Of a stretch of 64,000 nt of DNA, positions 17,421 through 26,260 are shown in pieces. The DNA comes from Firmicutes bacterium UBA1764 (GTDB lineage: Bacteria > Bacillota > Clostridia > Peptostreptococcales > Anaerovoracaceae): positions 676 to 64,675 of the forward strand of contig DCHA01000057.1 of assembly GCA_002315535.1 (NCBI GenBank), given 5' to 3'. Both the position numbers and the translations under genes were made by a program. Position 1 is the first letter of the stretch; every line of letters begins with the position of its first letter. Below the pieces are notes generated by a model. It saw nothing but the letters and a program-made list of their open reading frames with translations, was not told the DNA's origin and searched no databases.

Positions 17421-18620
17421 ATGAAGGATAAACTGAAATTATCAGTTCCATTGTTATGTGCACTTACATGGTTTGGACATTCTTGCGGAGCATCTCTGGC
17501 AACAGGTCGTTTAGCAGCTCAGTATTGCACAAGACACGGTGCATATGGATTTATTGCAGCCGTATTTATCTGGGTTGTAACATGTGGCTTTTGCTTTATT
17601 GTAATGGACTATGCGCGTTTAATTAAAGCAAATAGTTACCACGATTGTGTTGAGACGATATATTATCCAAATAAAATATTGGGTAAAGTATTAAATATCA
17701 TTTGGGATATTACGGTTTTAGTTTCAACAATTGTAACATCCGGAACCTGTATAGCAGGTTGTGGTTCACTGCTGCAGAAATTATTCGGTATTAATTATTA
17801 TGTCGGCATGGGTATTTTCCTGGTAATTATGCTTTTTGTATTCCTTATAGGACCTGGAATACTTGAGAGACTTGGAAAAATGTCATTGCCTATGCTCATT
17901 CTTCTTTTAGTATTATGCGTTGTAATGTTTACCAATAATATTGGAAATATGAACGCAAGCATCGCAGGAACATACAACGACATTCTTGATCCTAAGGCTG
18001 TAGGCATTGGATCCGCATTAAATGATGGATTAACTTACGGAATGACTCAGTCAGGATTTGTTGCAACAGGTATTGTTTATGCCGGAAGATATACAAAGAG
18101 AAAAGAAACAGTAAAATCCTGCTTCCTCGCATTTATCTTTGGCGCAGTAGCAATGGTACTGACAACCATGTCGGTATTTGCATATTTCCCGGATTCACAA
18201 GGGGAAACGCTTCCATTGCTTTATGCAATGCAGCAATACAACTCTACAGGCGCAACCATTTTATACGCAATCTATAACATTATTGTTTTGCTTGCATATA
18301 TATCTACTGCAGGCTCAATTATTACCGGTGCAACAGCAAGGTATAAGCTTATTGTCGGTAAGGTGGTAAAGAGCGAAAAGGCTTGCACGATTATCTTACT
18401 CGTATTCTTCCTTTGTGCTTCAGTTATCTTAGGAAGATTCGGTCTTACGGTTCTTGTAGATAAGGGATTCAAGCTTGTAGGAAAAGTTAGAACCTTTGTA
18501 TGGTTCTGGCCTCTGCTTGTTCTTGGTCCAATCGCTATTATGCGTGTATCAAAGAAAATCAAGGAAACCGGTAAAATTCCTTTCGGCCCACATGCCGGAG
18601 AGGATGCAAATATTAATTAA
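17421..18620 (+). CDS. polytopic membrane protein, YkvI-like putative transporter
   Basis: 399 aa, about 11 hydrophobic segments; the N-terminal GHSCGASLATGRLAAQY resembles the YkvI GAGFASGxE motif. Function unverified. Confidence 0.45.
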   Translation: MKDKLKLSVPLLCALTWFGHSCGASLATGRLAAQYCTRHGAYGFIAAVFIWVVTCGFCFIVMDYARLIKANSYHDCVETIYYPNKILGKVLNIIWDITVLVSTIVTSGTCIAGCGSLLQKLFGINYYVGMGIFLVIMLFVFLIGPGILERLGKMSLPMLILLLVLCVVMFTNNIGNMNASIAGTYNDILDPKAVGIGSALNDGLTYGMTQSGFVATGIVYAGRYTKRKETVKSCFLAFIFGAVAMVLTTMSVFAYFPDSQGETLPLLYAMQQYNSTGATILYAIYNIIVLLAYISTAGSIITGATARYKLIVGKVVKSEKACTIILLVFFLCASVILGRFGLTVLVDKGFKLVGKVRTFVWFWPLLVLGPIAIMRVSKKIKETGKIPFGPHAGEDANIN

Positions 18621-18640
18621 TTTTTTAAGGAGGAAATTTA

Positions 18641-19957
18641 ATGGGTTCAGCAACTTTAAGTTTCATCGGTATTATTCTCGGTGTAGCTTTGTTCATTTTC
18701 CTGTCCTTTAAGGGCAACAACCTCGCTATTTCCGCTGGCGCAGGTGCAGTAATTATTCTGCTTCTTAGCGGAAACAATATTGTTACAGGACTTACAGATT
18801 ATTGGGTAGTAGGTCTTTCCGGTGCTGTTAAATCATACTTCATGATTTTCACACTCGGTGGTATCTTTGGAAAGATCATGGACGTTACAGGTGGCGCAAA
18901 GTCAATTGCTTATGCATTGCTCAAAGTAATTGATAAAGCAAATGACAAAATGAAGCCATCCTTCTGCGTTTACTTCCTCGTAATGATGTACTTCATTTGC
19001 ACATACGTAGGTATTCACGGATTCATCGTAGTATTCACAGTACTCCCAATCGGACGTGAACTTTTCCACGACAAGAACATCCCATGGAGATACTATTGCT
19101 ATGGCTCCGGCGGATGCATCGCTGCATACTATCTCCTTGGTTCTGTATCCTCAGTTCCAAATCTTGCAGCAAGCTTATCCGGAACTCACGTAGGTGCAGC
19201 TCCAGTCTACGCAGTAATTCTTACACTTATGTACTTCGTACTTGACTTCTTCTTCATTCATCTTGATGTTTCCAGTCATATGAAGAAGGGCGAAGGCTTC
19301 CTCCCTGGTGGTCAGGAAATTTGGGCTCTCCAGATGGAATCTTATAAAGGCAATGAAGGCAGTGTTCCAAAGCTTTGGCAGGCAGCTATTCCTATGGTTG
19401 TAATGATCGTAATCGCAGCTTCCGGAATTTCAACAATCATCGCTCTTGCAGTTGGTTGCGTACTTGGAATCATCTTTATGTGGTCCCGTCTTAAGGGCAA
19501 GATTAAGTCAACAATCGGTGGTGGTGCAACATCAGTATTCGTTGCATTAATCAACGTTTGCGGCGCAGCTGCTCTTGGTACAGTTATTAAAAACGTTCCT
19601 GGTTATGGATTTATTGGTGATAAGCTTGATGCCGCTAATCCACTCTTCGCAGGTGTATTCCTTGCAATGTTTGGAACTCTTCTCCTTGGATCATCTTCAT
19701 CATCCATGCCAGCATTCGGCGAACAGATTATCGGATACTTCACAAATGCAGGCCTTTCCAATGCAATGCAGTTTAAGCTTTTAACAGTAGCTGGAAACTG
19801 GGTATATCCACCTCATAACACAGGTGTTGTTAATGCTTCCGGAACAGGAAAGATTGCTTATAAGGATGCCGTTATTATTTATATCAAGTCAACATTCTAC
19901 CCGAACTTCTTCATCTTGATCTTAACAGTAATCCTTGCAGCTATGGGAGTATTCTAA
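18641..19957 (+). CDS. GntP-family (gluconate/carboxylate:H+) permease
   Basis: 438 aa polytopic; FTLGGIFGKIMDVTGGAKSIA motif typical of GntP carriers; AAGGAGG RBS. Confidence 0.65.
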   Translation: MGSATLSFIGIILGVALFIFLSFKGNNLAISAGAGAVIILLLSGNNIVTGLTDYWVVGLSGAVKSYFMIFTLGGIFGKIMDVTGGAKSIAYALLKVIDKANDKMKPSFCVYFLVMMYFICTYVGIHGFIVVFTVLPIGRELFHDKNIPWRYYCYGSGGCIAAYYLLGSVSSVPNLAASLSGTHVGAAPVYAVILTLMYFVLDFFFIHLDVSSHMKKGEGFLPGGQEIWALQMESYKGNEGSVPKLWQAAIPMVVMIVIAASGISTIIALAVGCVLGIIFMWSRLKGKIKSTIGGGATSVFVALINVCGAAALGTVIKNVPGYGFIGDKLDAANPLFAGVFLAMFGTLLLGSSSSSMPAFGEQIIGYFTNAGLSNAMQFKLLTVAGNWVYPPHNTGVVNASGTGKIAYKDAVIIYIKSTFYPNFFILILTVILAAMGVF

Positions 19958-19965
19958 ACCCTTCA

Positions 19966-19994
19966 AATGTGGCGTACATATAGTGCGCCACATT
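19966..19994 (+). terminator. terminator-like hairpin ending the sigma-54 operon
   Basis: AATGTGGCGTAC-ATATA-GTGCGCCACATT, 12-bp stem (one G-U); weak T tract. Confidence 0.55.
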
Positions 19995-20115
19995 CCACAC
20001 AATTATGGCAAGATTATATTCGTAATCTATATAACTCCTAAGAAGCGTGACGTATTAGTGTGAGAGCAAATACAAACGCAACGTCAATAATACTATTATT
20101 TATCTTGACGTATTA

Positions 20116-20149
20116 AACCTCTTCACTTTATCCGCGAAGAGGTTTTTTG
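20116..20149 (+). terminator. second, orphan rho-independent terminator
   Basis: AACCTCTTC-11 nt loop-GAAGAGGTT followed by TTTTTTG; no ORF between it and the previous terminator. Confidence 0.55.
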
Positions 20150-20199
20150 TTTCAAAGCTTATAATAAAATAGGAACAGGATGAGAAAAGAATAACAGGG

Positions 20200-21564
20200 A
20201 TGACTACATTACATATCATAGGTTTTGTATTATGTATATTGGCAATTATTACTCTTGGATATTTTTCAGGTAAAAAAGTATCAACTGGGTCTGATTATAT
20301 TTCGGGCAGTGGGAAGGGGGGCTTACTTCTTGTAACAGGGGTCCTTTTCAGTACAAATATCGGTGGCGCGTCTACTATAGGGGCAGCTCAAGGCGCTTTT
20401 ACTGGTGGACTTTACGGAATGTGGTGGAACGTTGGCGTTTTTCTTGCCAATTTTGTAATAGGTTTGTGCCTTGCAAAGCATATTAAGAGTAGCGGCTGTG
20501 TTACAATGCAGCAATTCATTCGTATTAAGTATGGATCAAAAGCTGCTCTAACATCTGCTGTGCTGTCAAGCATAGGTGTTTTAGTATCAATAGTGACTCA
20601 AATTCTTTCTGCCACAGCATTATTGATGTCTATCCTTAAAGTATCATTTGTTCTAGCAACAGCTATTGCTACGGTATTGATGATAATATATGTAATTTTT
20701 GGAGGAGCAATCGGGGCCGGTATGGTTGGCATAGCAAAGGCAGGACTTTTGTTTGTCTTTTGTATTGTAGGCGGAATAATAGTTATTAGAAATACCAGCA
20801 ATATTCCCGGAGGGTTTTCCAACCTTGATCCTAACGTGTATTTTAATTTAAACACAGGTGGAATTCTCAATAATATAGGAGGCGTAATAAGTTCAATTGT
20901 AGGGCTTGCAGTTTCTCAGGTTTTCTTTACATGCTTTTCAACAGCAAAGGATGTTAAAACTGGACAGCGTGCTTGTTATATAGCATCACTTCTAATTCTT
21001 CCGATTTCAATTGCCTCTGTGGCTATTGGAATGTATATGCAGCTTACCCATCCTGAAATAAGTTCTAAAGAAGCCTTCCCAAGCTTTTTGCTTATGAATT
21101 TAAATCCTTTTTTATCAGGTGTCGCTTTGGCAACATTATTAATAACTGTTGTTGGTTCCGGAGCAAGTGTAACCCTTGGTATCGCAACCGTTATTTCGAA
21201 GGATTTGTATGGGCATTTTAAACCCAATGCGAACGAAAAAGAAATGTTATATGCAACCAGGCTTGCAATAATTCTGGTGTTGATCGTTGCATTTATTTTT
21301 ACATGTCTTTGCGGGAATAGTTATATTTCTCTTTTTACTATGCTTTCAATGGCATTGAGAGCGGCGGTAAATTTTGTTCCAGTTATGTTGGCATTTTTCT
21401 CAAAGAAAATTATTGGGGAAAAGCATTGCCTATCGTCAATGTATTTTGGAATTGTATCCTATTTGGCAGTTTATTTTGTGAGCAAATCAACTATGTACGC
21501 ACTTTTAGCAAGCATTATTGTTGCACTTGTTCCTATTATGTTAAAAAATAAAAAACAATTATAA
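20200..21564 (+). CDS. sodium:solute symporter (SSS/SSF) family transporter
   Basis: 454 aa polytopic; N-terminal GKKVSTGSDY...GGLLLVTGVLFSTNIGGASTIGAAQGAF is SSF-like. Confidence 0.7.
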   Translation: MTTLHIIGFVLCILAIITLGYFSGKKVSTGSDYISGSGKGGLLLVTGVLFSTNIGGASTIGAAQGAFTGGLYGMWWNVGVFLANFVIGLCLAKHIKSSGCVTMQQFIRIKYGSKAALTSAVLSSIGVLVSIVTQILSATALLMSILKVSFVLATAIATVLMIIYVIFGGAIGAGMVGIAKAGLLFVFCIVGGIIVIRNTSNIPGGFSNLDPNVYFNLNTGGILNNIGGVISSIVGLAVSQVFFTCFSTAKDVKTGQRACYIASLLILPISIASVAIGMYMQLTHPEISSKEAFPSFLLMNLNPFLSGVALATLLITVVGSGASVTLGIATVISKDLYGHFKPNANEKEMLYATRLAIILVLIVAFIFTCLCGNSYISLFTMLSMALRAAVNFVPVMLAFFSKKIIGEKHCLSSMYFGIVSYLAVYFVSKSTMYALLASIIVALVPIMLKNKKQL

Positions 21565-21662
21565 AGTAACTTTTGGCAAATGCATAAAAGACTAATAGTA
21601 TGGTTAAAACCATTCAAATAGTGTCATTTTTTATATGACGAAAAAAAGAAAGGAGCTTAATT

Positions 21663-22856
21663 ATGGCAGATATGTTATCAGGAGTAAGAGTCATTGACTT
21701 CACAGCTAATGCAGCAGGTCCAACAGCAACCGCTATGCTCGCAGACTATGGCGCTGAAGTAGTCAAGATTGAAAAGCCTAATACTGGAAACGATCAGAGA
21801 GCATATGGAATTCAGGTCGATGGAGTATCGCTTCTTGGCGCTTGGCTTGATCGTGGCAAAAAATCAGTTACACTTGATTTGAAAGATCCTGAATCAATTG
21901 AGATTATTAAGAGAATGTTGCCTGATTTTGATATTCTTGCAGAATCTGGCCGTCCGGGAGTAATGGACAAGCTTGGTTTAGGATACGAGGAAGTTCATAA
22001 GATTAATCCGAAACTAGTCTATTGTTCTGTTTCAGCATTTGGACAAAATGGTCCTTATGCGAGAAAGCCGGGCTACGATTTGATAGCGCAGGCAATGTCT
22101 GGAATCATGGATATTTGCGGAGATCCTAATGGAGCTCCGGTAAAATCGGGAACAACACTTTCTGACTATGTAGGTGGCATTGCAGGCTTTGGTAGCATTG
22201 TTACAGCTCTAAGATACGCTGAAAAAACCGGCGTGGGTCAGCATGTAGATGTATCATTACTCATGTCGATGATTTATCTTAATGGTGCTGTTGAATACCT
22301 GAATGTTGGACAAAAGCTTTCCCGCACTGGAAACCATCACAGTACATTGGCTCCTTATGGACTCTTTGAAGGCAAAAATGGCCAGAGCATAGTTCTCGCT
22401 GTAATCAGTCCAAAGCTTTGGGGAATATTATGCCAGACAATCGACAAGCCAGAGCTTGAAAACGATCCGAAATTTAATACCCTTCAGCAGCGTAGAGCTA
22501 ACAAGGAAGAATTAATAAAGATTATAGAAGATTGGCTTAAGGGCTTTGATGATATTAAAGACGCAATTAAGATTCTTGACGGTGCAGGTCTGCCTTGTGC
22601 AAAGGTTTTCGACCAGGAAGACGTAATGAACGATGTACATGTACTGGATCAAAAGTATATGGTTGAGGTTCCTACACCTGACTCAGTTACTTCAAAAGAT
22701 ACATTTATGGCACGTAATTGTATTGCTGGATTCTCTGAAACTCCGGGCAGTATAAAGAAGGGGCCAGCACTTGGTCAGCATAATGTTGAGATCCTTACCA
22801 AGTACGGTTTAAGTGAAGCCGAGGTAGAGGCTTTAGAAGGAAAATGGAAAAAGTAA
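21663..22856 (+). CDS. family III CoA-transferase (CaiB/BaiF/Frc family), paralog 2
   Basis: 397 aa; GVRVIDFTANAAGPTATAMLADYGAEVVKIEKP signature; Asp in GTTLSDYVGG; collinear with the 13152-14363 product. Confidence 0.85.
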   Translation: MADMLSGVRVIDFTANAAGPTATAMLADYGAEVVKIEKPNTGNDQRAYGIQVDGVSLLGAWLDRGKKSVTLDLKDPESIEIIKRMLPDFDILAESGRPGVMDKLGLGYEEVHKINPKLVYCSVSAFGQNGPYARKPGYDLIAQAMSGIMDICGDPNGAPVKSGTTLSDYVGGIAGFGSIVTALRYAEKTGVGQHVDVSLLMSMIYLNGAVEYLNVGQKLSRTGNHHSTLAPYGLFEGKNGQSIVLAVISPKLWGILCQTIDKPELENDPKFNTLQQRRANKEELIKIIEDWLKGFDDIKDAIKILDGAGLPCAKVFDQEDVMNDVHVLDQKYMVEVPTPDSVTSKDTFMARNCIAGFSETPGSIKKGPALGQHNVEILTKYGLSEAEVEALEGKWKK

Positions 22857-23926
22857 TGAACGTATTTGATAAATGTACAATAGGTAATGTTACTCTGAAT
22901 AATCGCTTTGTTCGTTCTGCAACTGCAGGGCCCTTTTCTCCCGGCGGCAAGATTTCTGAGGCGGGGTTGAGAAGATATGCAGAGCTTGCTAAAAATCATG
23001 TAGGGCTTATCATAACCGAAATGGCCTATGTGTCAGAAGATGGTAAAGCATCACGCTCCTGCATGTCTATTACAAGCGACGCAGATGTTGAGCAACATAC
23101 CATGGTCGCAAAAACTATTCACGACAATGGCTCGAAAGTATTTTTGCAAATAAATCATGGGGGTGCGGCTGCATTAGTTGATAATCCCCCAAGTCCGTCA
23201 GGTCTCCCTTCTCCTTACACGAACGCTCCCACTATAGAGATAAGTGAAGAAGATATTATTCGTATTACAAGAGATTTCGCAGATGCTGCAGTTAGGGCTG
23301 TGAAGGCCGGTTACGATGGCGTTCAAGTGCAGTGTGCACATGGTTGGCTTATTAGTCAATTTATTGACCCTGCATTTAACAAACGTCAGGACAAGTATGG
23401 TGGAAACGCACAAGGCCGTTTTCTTTTTGCAGAGGAGATTATCAGAGCTATCAAAGAAGCAGTTGGAGAAGAATTTCCTGTGTGCATTAAGATTAACAGT
23501 AATCTTGCAGAAGGTGATGATGCATATGAAGCAGATCTTTTATATTTTGCAGAGAAGTGTGCAGAGCTAGGAGTGTGCTGCATAGAGCTTAGCGGTTGCG
23601 ATTTCACGCCTTTAGGAAGAAAGCAATTACATAATTATTATTTGGATAGAGCTTTAAAAATCAAAGCACAAGTTCAGATGCCAATTATGTTAATTGGTGG
23701 GATACGTACACAGGCAGATATAGAAGAGCTAATGGAAAAGGGAATAGACTTTGTATCGATGGCGAGACCCTTCCTTTGTCAGCCGGATATAGTGCTTCGT
23801 TTGGAGCAAGGCGAGGATTCTAAATGTGTAAGCTGCAGTAAATGCTTTATCATGTCTAGAAAGTTTAGCGAAGAAGGACGTTTATGTTTTAATCATGAAC
23901 CGATGTCTGACACATACAAGGACTAG
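22844..23926 (+). CDS. old-yellow-enzyme/2,4-dienoyl-CoA-reductase-like FMN TIM-barrel with C-terminal Cys cluster (no NAD(P)H/FAD domain)
   Basis: NNRFVRSAT..., QINHGG, AHGWLISQFIDPAFNKRQDKYGG, C-terminal CVSCSKC...C motif. The start could be 22856 (TAATG overlap) instead of 22844. Confidence 0.75.
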   Translation: MEKVMNVFDKCTIGNVTLNNRFVRSATAGPFSPGGKISEAGLRRYAELAKNHVGLIITEMAYVSEDGKASRSCMSITSDADVEQHTMVAKTIHDNGSKVFLQINHGGAAALVDNPPSPSGLPSPYTNAPTIEISEEDIIRITRDFADAAVRAVKAGYDGVQVQCAHGWLISQFIDPAFNKRQDKYGGNAQGRFLFAEEIIRAIKEAVGEEFPVCIKINSNLAEGDDAYEADLLYFAEKCAELGVCCIELSGCDFTPLGRKQLHNYYLDRALKIKAQVQMPIMLIGGIRTQADIEELMEKGIDFVSMARPFLCQPDIVLRLEQGEDSKCVSCSKCFIMSRKFSEEGRLCFNHEPMSDTYKD

Positions 23927-23955
23927 GGTATTTCATATACTTTGATTACCACATA

Positions 23956-23990
23956 AAAACCCCGGACCTTTCGGTCCGGGGTTTAGTTCT
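23956..23990. terminator. bidirectional rho-independent terminator
   Basis: AAAAA-CCCGGACC-TTTC-GGTCCGGG-GTTT between convergent genes. Confidence 0.85.
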
Positions 23991-24019
23991 TCTTTTATAT
24001 ATAATAGAGGGTTTTTGAA

Positions 24020-25159
24020 CTATCTAATCATAGATCCGCCAACTACCATCATCTGTACTTCGGATGTTCCTTCGTAGATTTCTGTAATCTTAGCATCTCT
24101 CATCATACGTTCGATTGGATATTCTCTTGTGTAGCCATAGCCACCGTAGAGCTGGAGGCAACGACGTGTTACATCACTAGCATTTCTTGCTGCGAAGAGC
24201 TTAGCTTCTGCTGCAAGGATGGAGTATGGTTCGCCATTGTCGAGAGCGTTAGCTGCTCTGTAAACGAGCATCTTAGCTGCGTCTGTGTTAGCCTTCATCT
24301 GAGCAAGTTCGAACTGTGTGTTCTGGAATGCTGCGATTGGCTTTCCAAACTGTACTCTCTGCTTTACGTATTCAACTGTTACGTCAAGAGCGCCTTCTGC
24401 AATACCGAGAGCCTGAGCAGCGATACCGATACGGCCGCCATCAAGTGTCTGCATTGCAAGAGCAAATCCCTTACCAAGCTTTCCAAGGAGGTTTTCCTTT
24501 GGAACCTTAACGTTTTCGAAAATGAGTTCGCATGTGTTAGATCCGCGAATACCCATCTTGTGTTCCTTCTTACCTACGGAGAATCCTTCCATTCCCTTTT
24601 CCATAATGAATGCGGAGATTCCCTTTGTTCCCTGTGACTTGTCTGTCATAGCCATTACGATGAAAATGTCAGCATATGCTGCATTTGTAATGAACATCTT
24701 GGAACCATTAACGAGGTAGTAGTCGCCCATATCTTCAGCAACTGTCTTCTGGCCAGCAGCGTCTGTACCAGCGTTAGCTTCTGTAAGACCGAAAGCACCA
24801 AGCTTCTTTCCTGCGAGGAGGTCAGGGAGGTATTTAGCCTTCTGCTCTTCTGTACCGAAGTGGAAGATTGGCCAGCAGCAAAGTGAAGCGTGTCCTGAAA
24901 GTGTAACGCCTGTGGAAGCGCACTTCTTGGAGATTTCTTCTACGCACTGTACGTATGAAAGTTCGTCCATACCCATTCCGCCGTATTCTTCAGGGAATGC
25001 AATACCCATGAGACCCATTTCAGCCATTGTTGGGATAAGTTCTTCTGGGAATCTTTCCTGTTCGTCGAGTTCTGCTGCGAGTGGAGCTACTGCCTTTTCA
25101 GCGAAATCCTTATAAACTGCTAATAACTCTTCATGCATTTCGTCATTTCTAAAATCCAT
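24020..25159 (-). CDS. acyl-CoA dehydrogenase (butyryl-CoA dehydrogenase-like, Etf-dependent)
   Basis: 379 aa; GLTEANAGTD, IYEGTSEVQ; AGGAGG RBS; directly downstream of etfB-etfA. Confidence 0.85.
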   Translation of the reverse strand: MDFRNDEMHEELLAVYKDFAEKAVAPLAAELDEQERFPEELIPTMAEMGLMGIAFPEEYGGMGMDELSYVQCVEEISKKCASTGVTLSGHASLCCWPIFHFGTEEQKAKYLPDLLAGKKLGAFGLTEANAGTDAAGQKTVAEDMGDYYLVNGSKMFITNAAYADIFIVMAMTDKSQGTKGISAFIMEKGMEGFSVGKKEHKMGIRGSNTCELIFENVKVPKENLLGKLGKGFALAMQTLDGGRIGIAAQALGIAEGALDVTVEYVKQRVQFGKPIAAFQNTQFELAQMKANTDAAKMLVYRAANALDNGEPYSILAAEAKLFAARNASDVTRRCLQLYGGYGYTREYPIERMMRDAKITEIYEGTSEVQMMVVGGSMIR

Positions 25160-25240
25160 AGTATCCTCCTAAATAATACTATTATCATGCCGGAGCCGTA
25201 CAAGTGAGTTTGTAAGGCTCCGGAAATTAACATCAGTTAA

Positions 25241-26245
25241 TTAAGCCTTAAGCTTCTTTACTTCTTCTGTGAGAAGTGGAACGATTTCCTTGAGGTCGCC
25301 TACGATACCGTATGTTGCAACTTCGAAGATTGGAGCGTCAGCGTCCTTGTTGATAGCAACAATAACGTCTGAACCAGCCATACCAGCTCTGTGCTGGATA
25401 GCTCCGGAGATTCCGCAAGCTACATAGAGCTTTGGAGCAACTGTCTTACCAGTCTGTCCAACCTGGTGTGCGTGTGAGATCCAGCCAGCATCTACTGCTG
25501 CTCTGGAGCAACCAAGTGTAGCACCGAGGAGATCGCAGAGTTCCTGAAGTGGAGCGAATCCTTCTGCGTTACCTACGCCACGTCCGCCGGAGACAATGAT
25601 GTCTGCGCCTTCGAGATCAACAACTTCTTCAGCACCTTCTTGGATCTTGCGAACGAGTTCTGTTCTGATGTCAGCTGCTGCAACATGGATATCTTCCTTG
25701 ATGATTTCAGCGTGTGGAGCTTCTTCTTCAGCCTTCTTGAATACGCCAGGACGTACTGTACCAATCTGTGGTCTAGCTGTCTTGCAAAGAATAGTAGCCA
25801 TGAGGTTACCACCGAATGCAGGACGTGTCCAAGCGATGCAGCCTGTTTCTTCGTCGATTCCGAGTGATGTGCAGTCAGCTGTAAGACCAGTCTGAAGTCT
25901 TGCACTTACACGTGGAGCGAAGTCTCTGCCGTTTACGGATGCGCCTACGAGCATAGCTGTTGGGCCATACTTTTCAACTGCAGCAACGAGAGCTGTAGCA
26001 TAAGCATCTGTTGAGAACATCTGATATTCAGGACCTTCAATAACGATAACCTGGTCAGCACCATGCTTTGCAGCGTCATCAACAGCAGCCTGAACATTAT
26101 TTCCGATAACTACTGCAACGAGCTTTCCGCCCTGCTTTGCAGCGAGTTCTTTTCCTGGGTTAAGAAGTTCGATACCAACGTTACGAGCGGAGCCGTCTTC
26201 CTTAGTTTCTACGAATACCCATAAATCTTTTGTCTTAGGATCCAT
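25241..26245 (-). CDS. etfA: electron transfer flavoprotein alpha subunit
   Basis: 334 aa; C-terminal FAD motif [16 protein letters not shown]; GGAGG RBS. Confidence 0.9.
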   Translation of the reverse strand: MDPKTKDLWVFVETKEDGSARNVGIELLNPGKELAAKQGGKLVAVVIGNNVQAAVDDAAKHGADQVIVIEGPEYQMFSTDAYATALVAAVEKYGPTAMLVGASVNGRDFAPRVSARLQTGLTADCTSLGIDEETGCIAWTRPAFGGNLMATILCKTARPQIGTVRPGVFKKAEEEAPHAEIIKEDIHVAAADIRTELVRKIQEGAEEVVDLEGADIIVSGGRGVGNAEGFAPLQELCDLLGATLGCSRAAVDAGWISHAHQVGQTGKTVAPKLYVACGISGAIQHRAGMAGSDVIVAINKDADAPIFEVATYGIVGDLKEIVPLLTEEVKKLKA

Positions 26246-26260
26246 AATTACGCCTCCTCC

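Noticed and set aside
21574-21584. TGGCAAATGCA upstream of the second CoA-transferase as a possible second sigma-54 promoter
   Set aside because: The GG and GC dinucleotides are only 5 nt apart instead of the required 10, so it does not fit the -24/-12 geometry.
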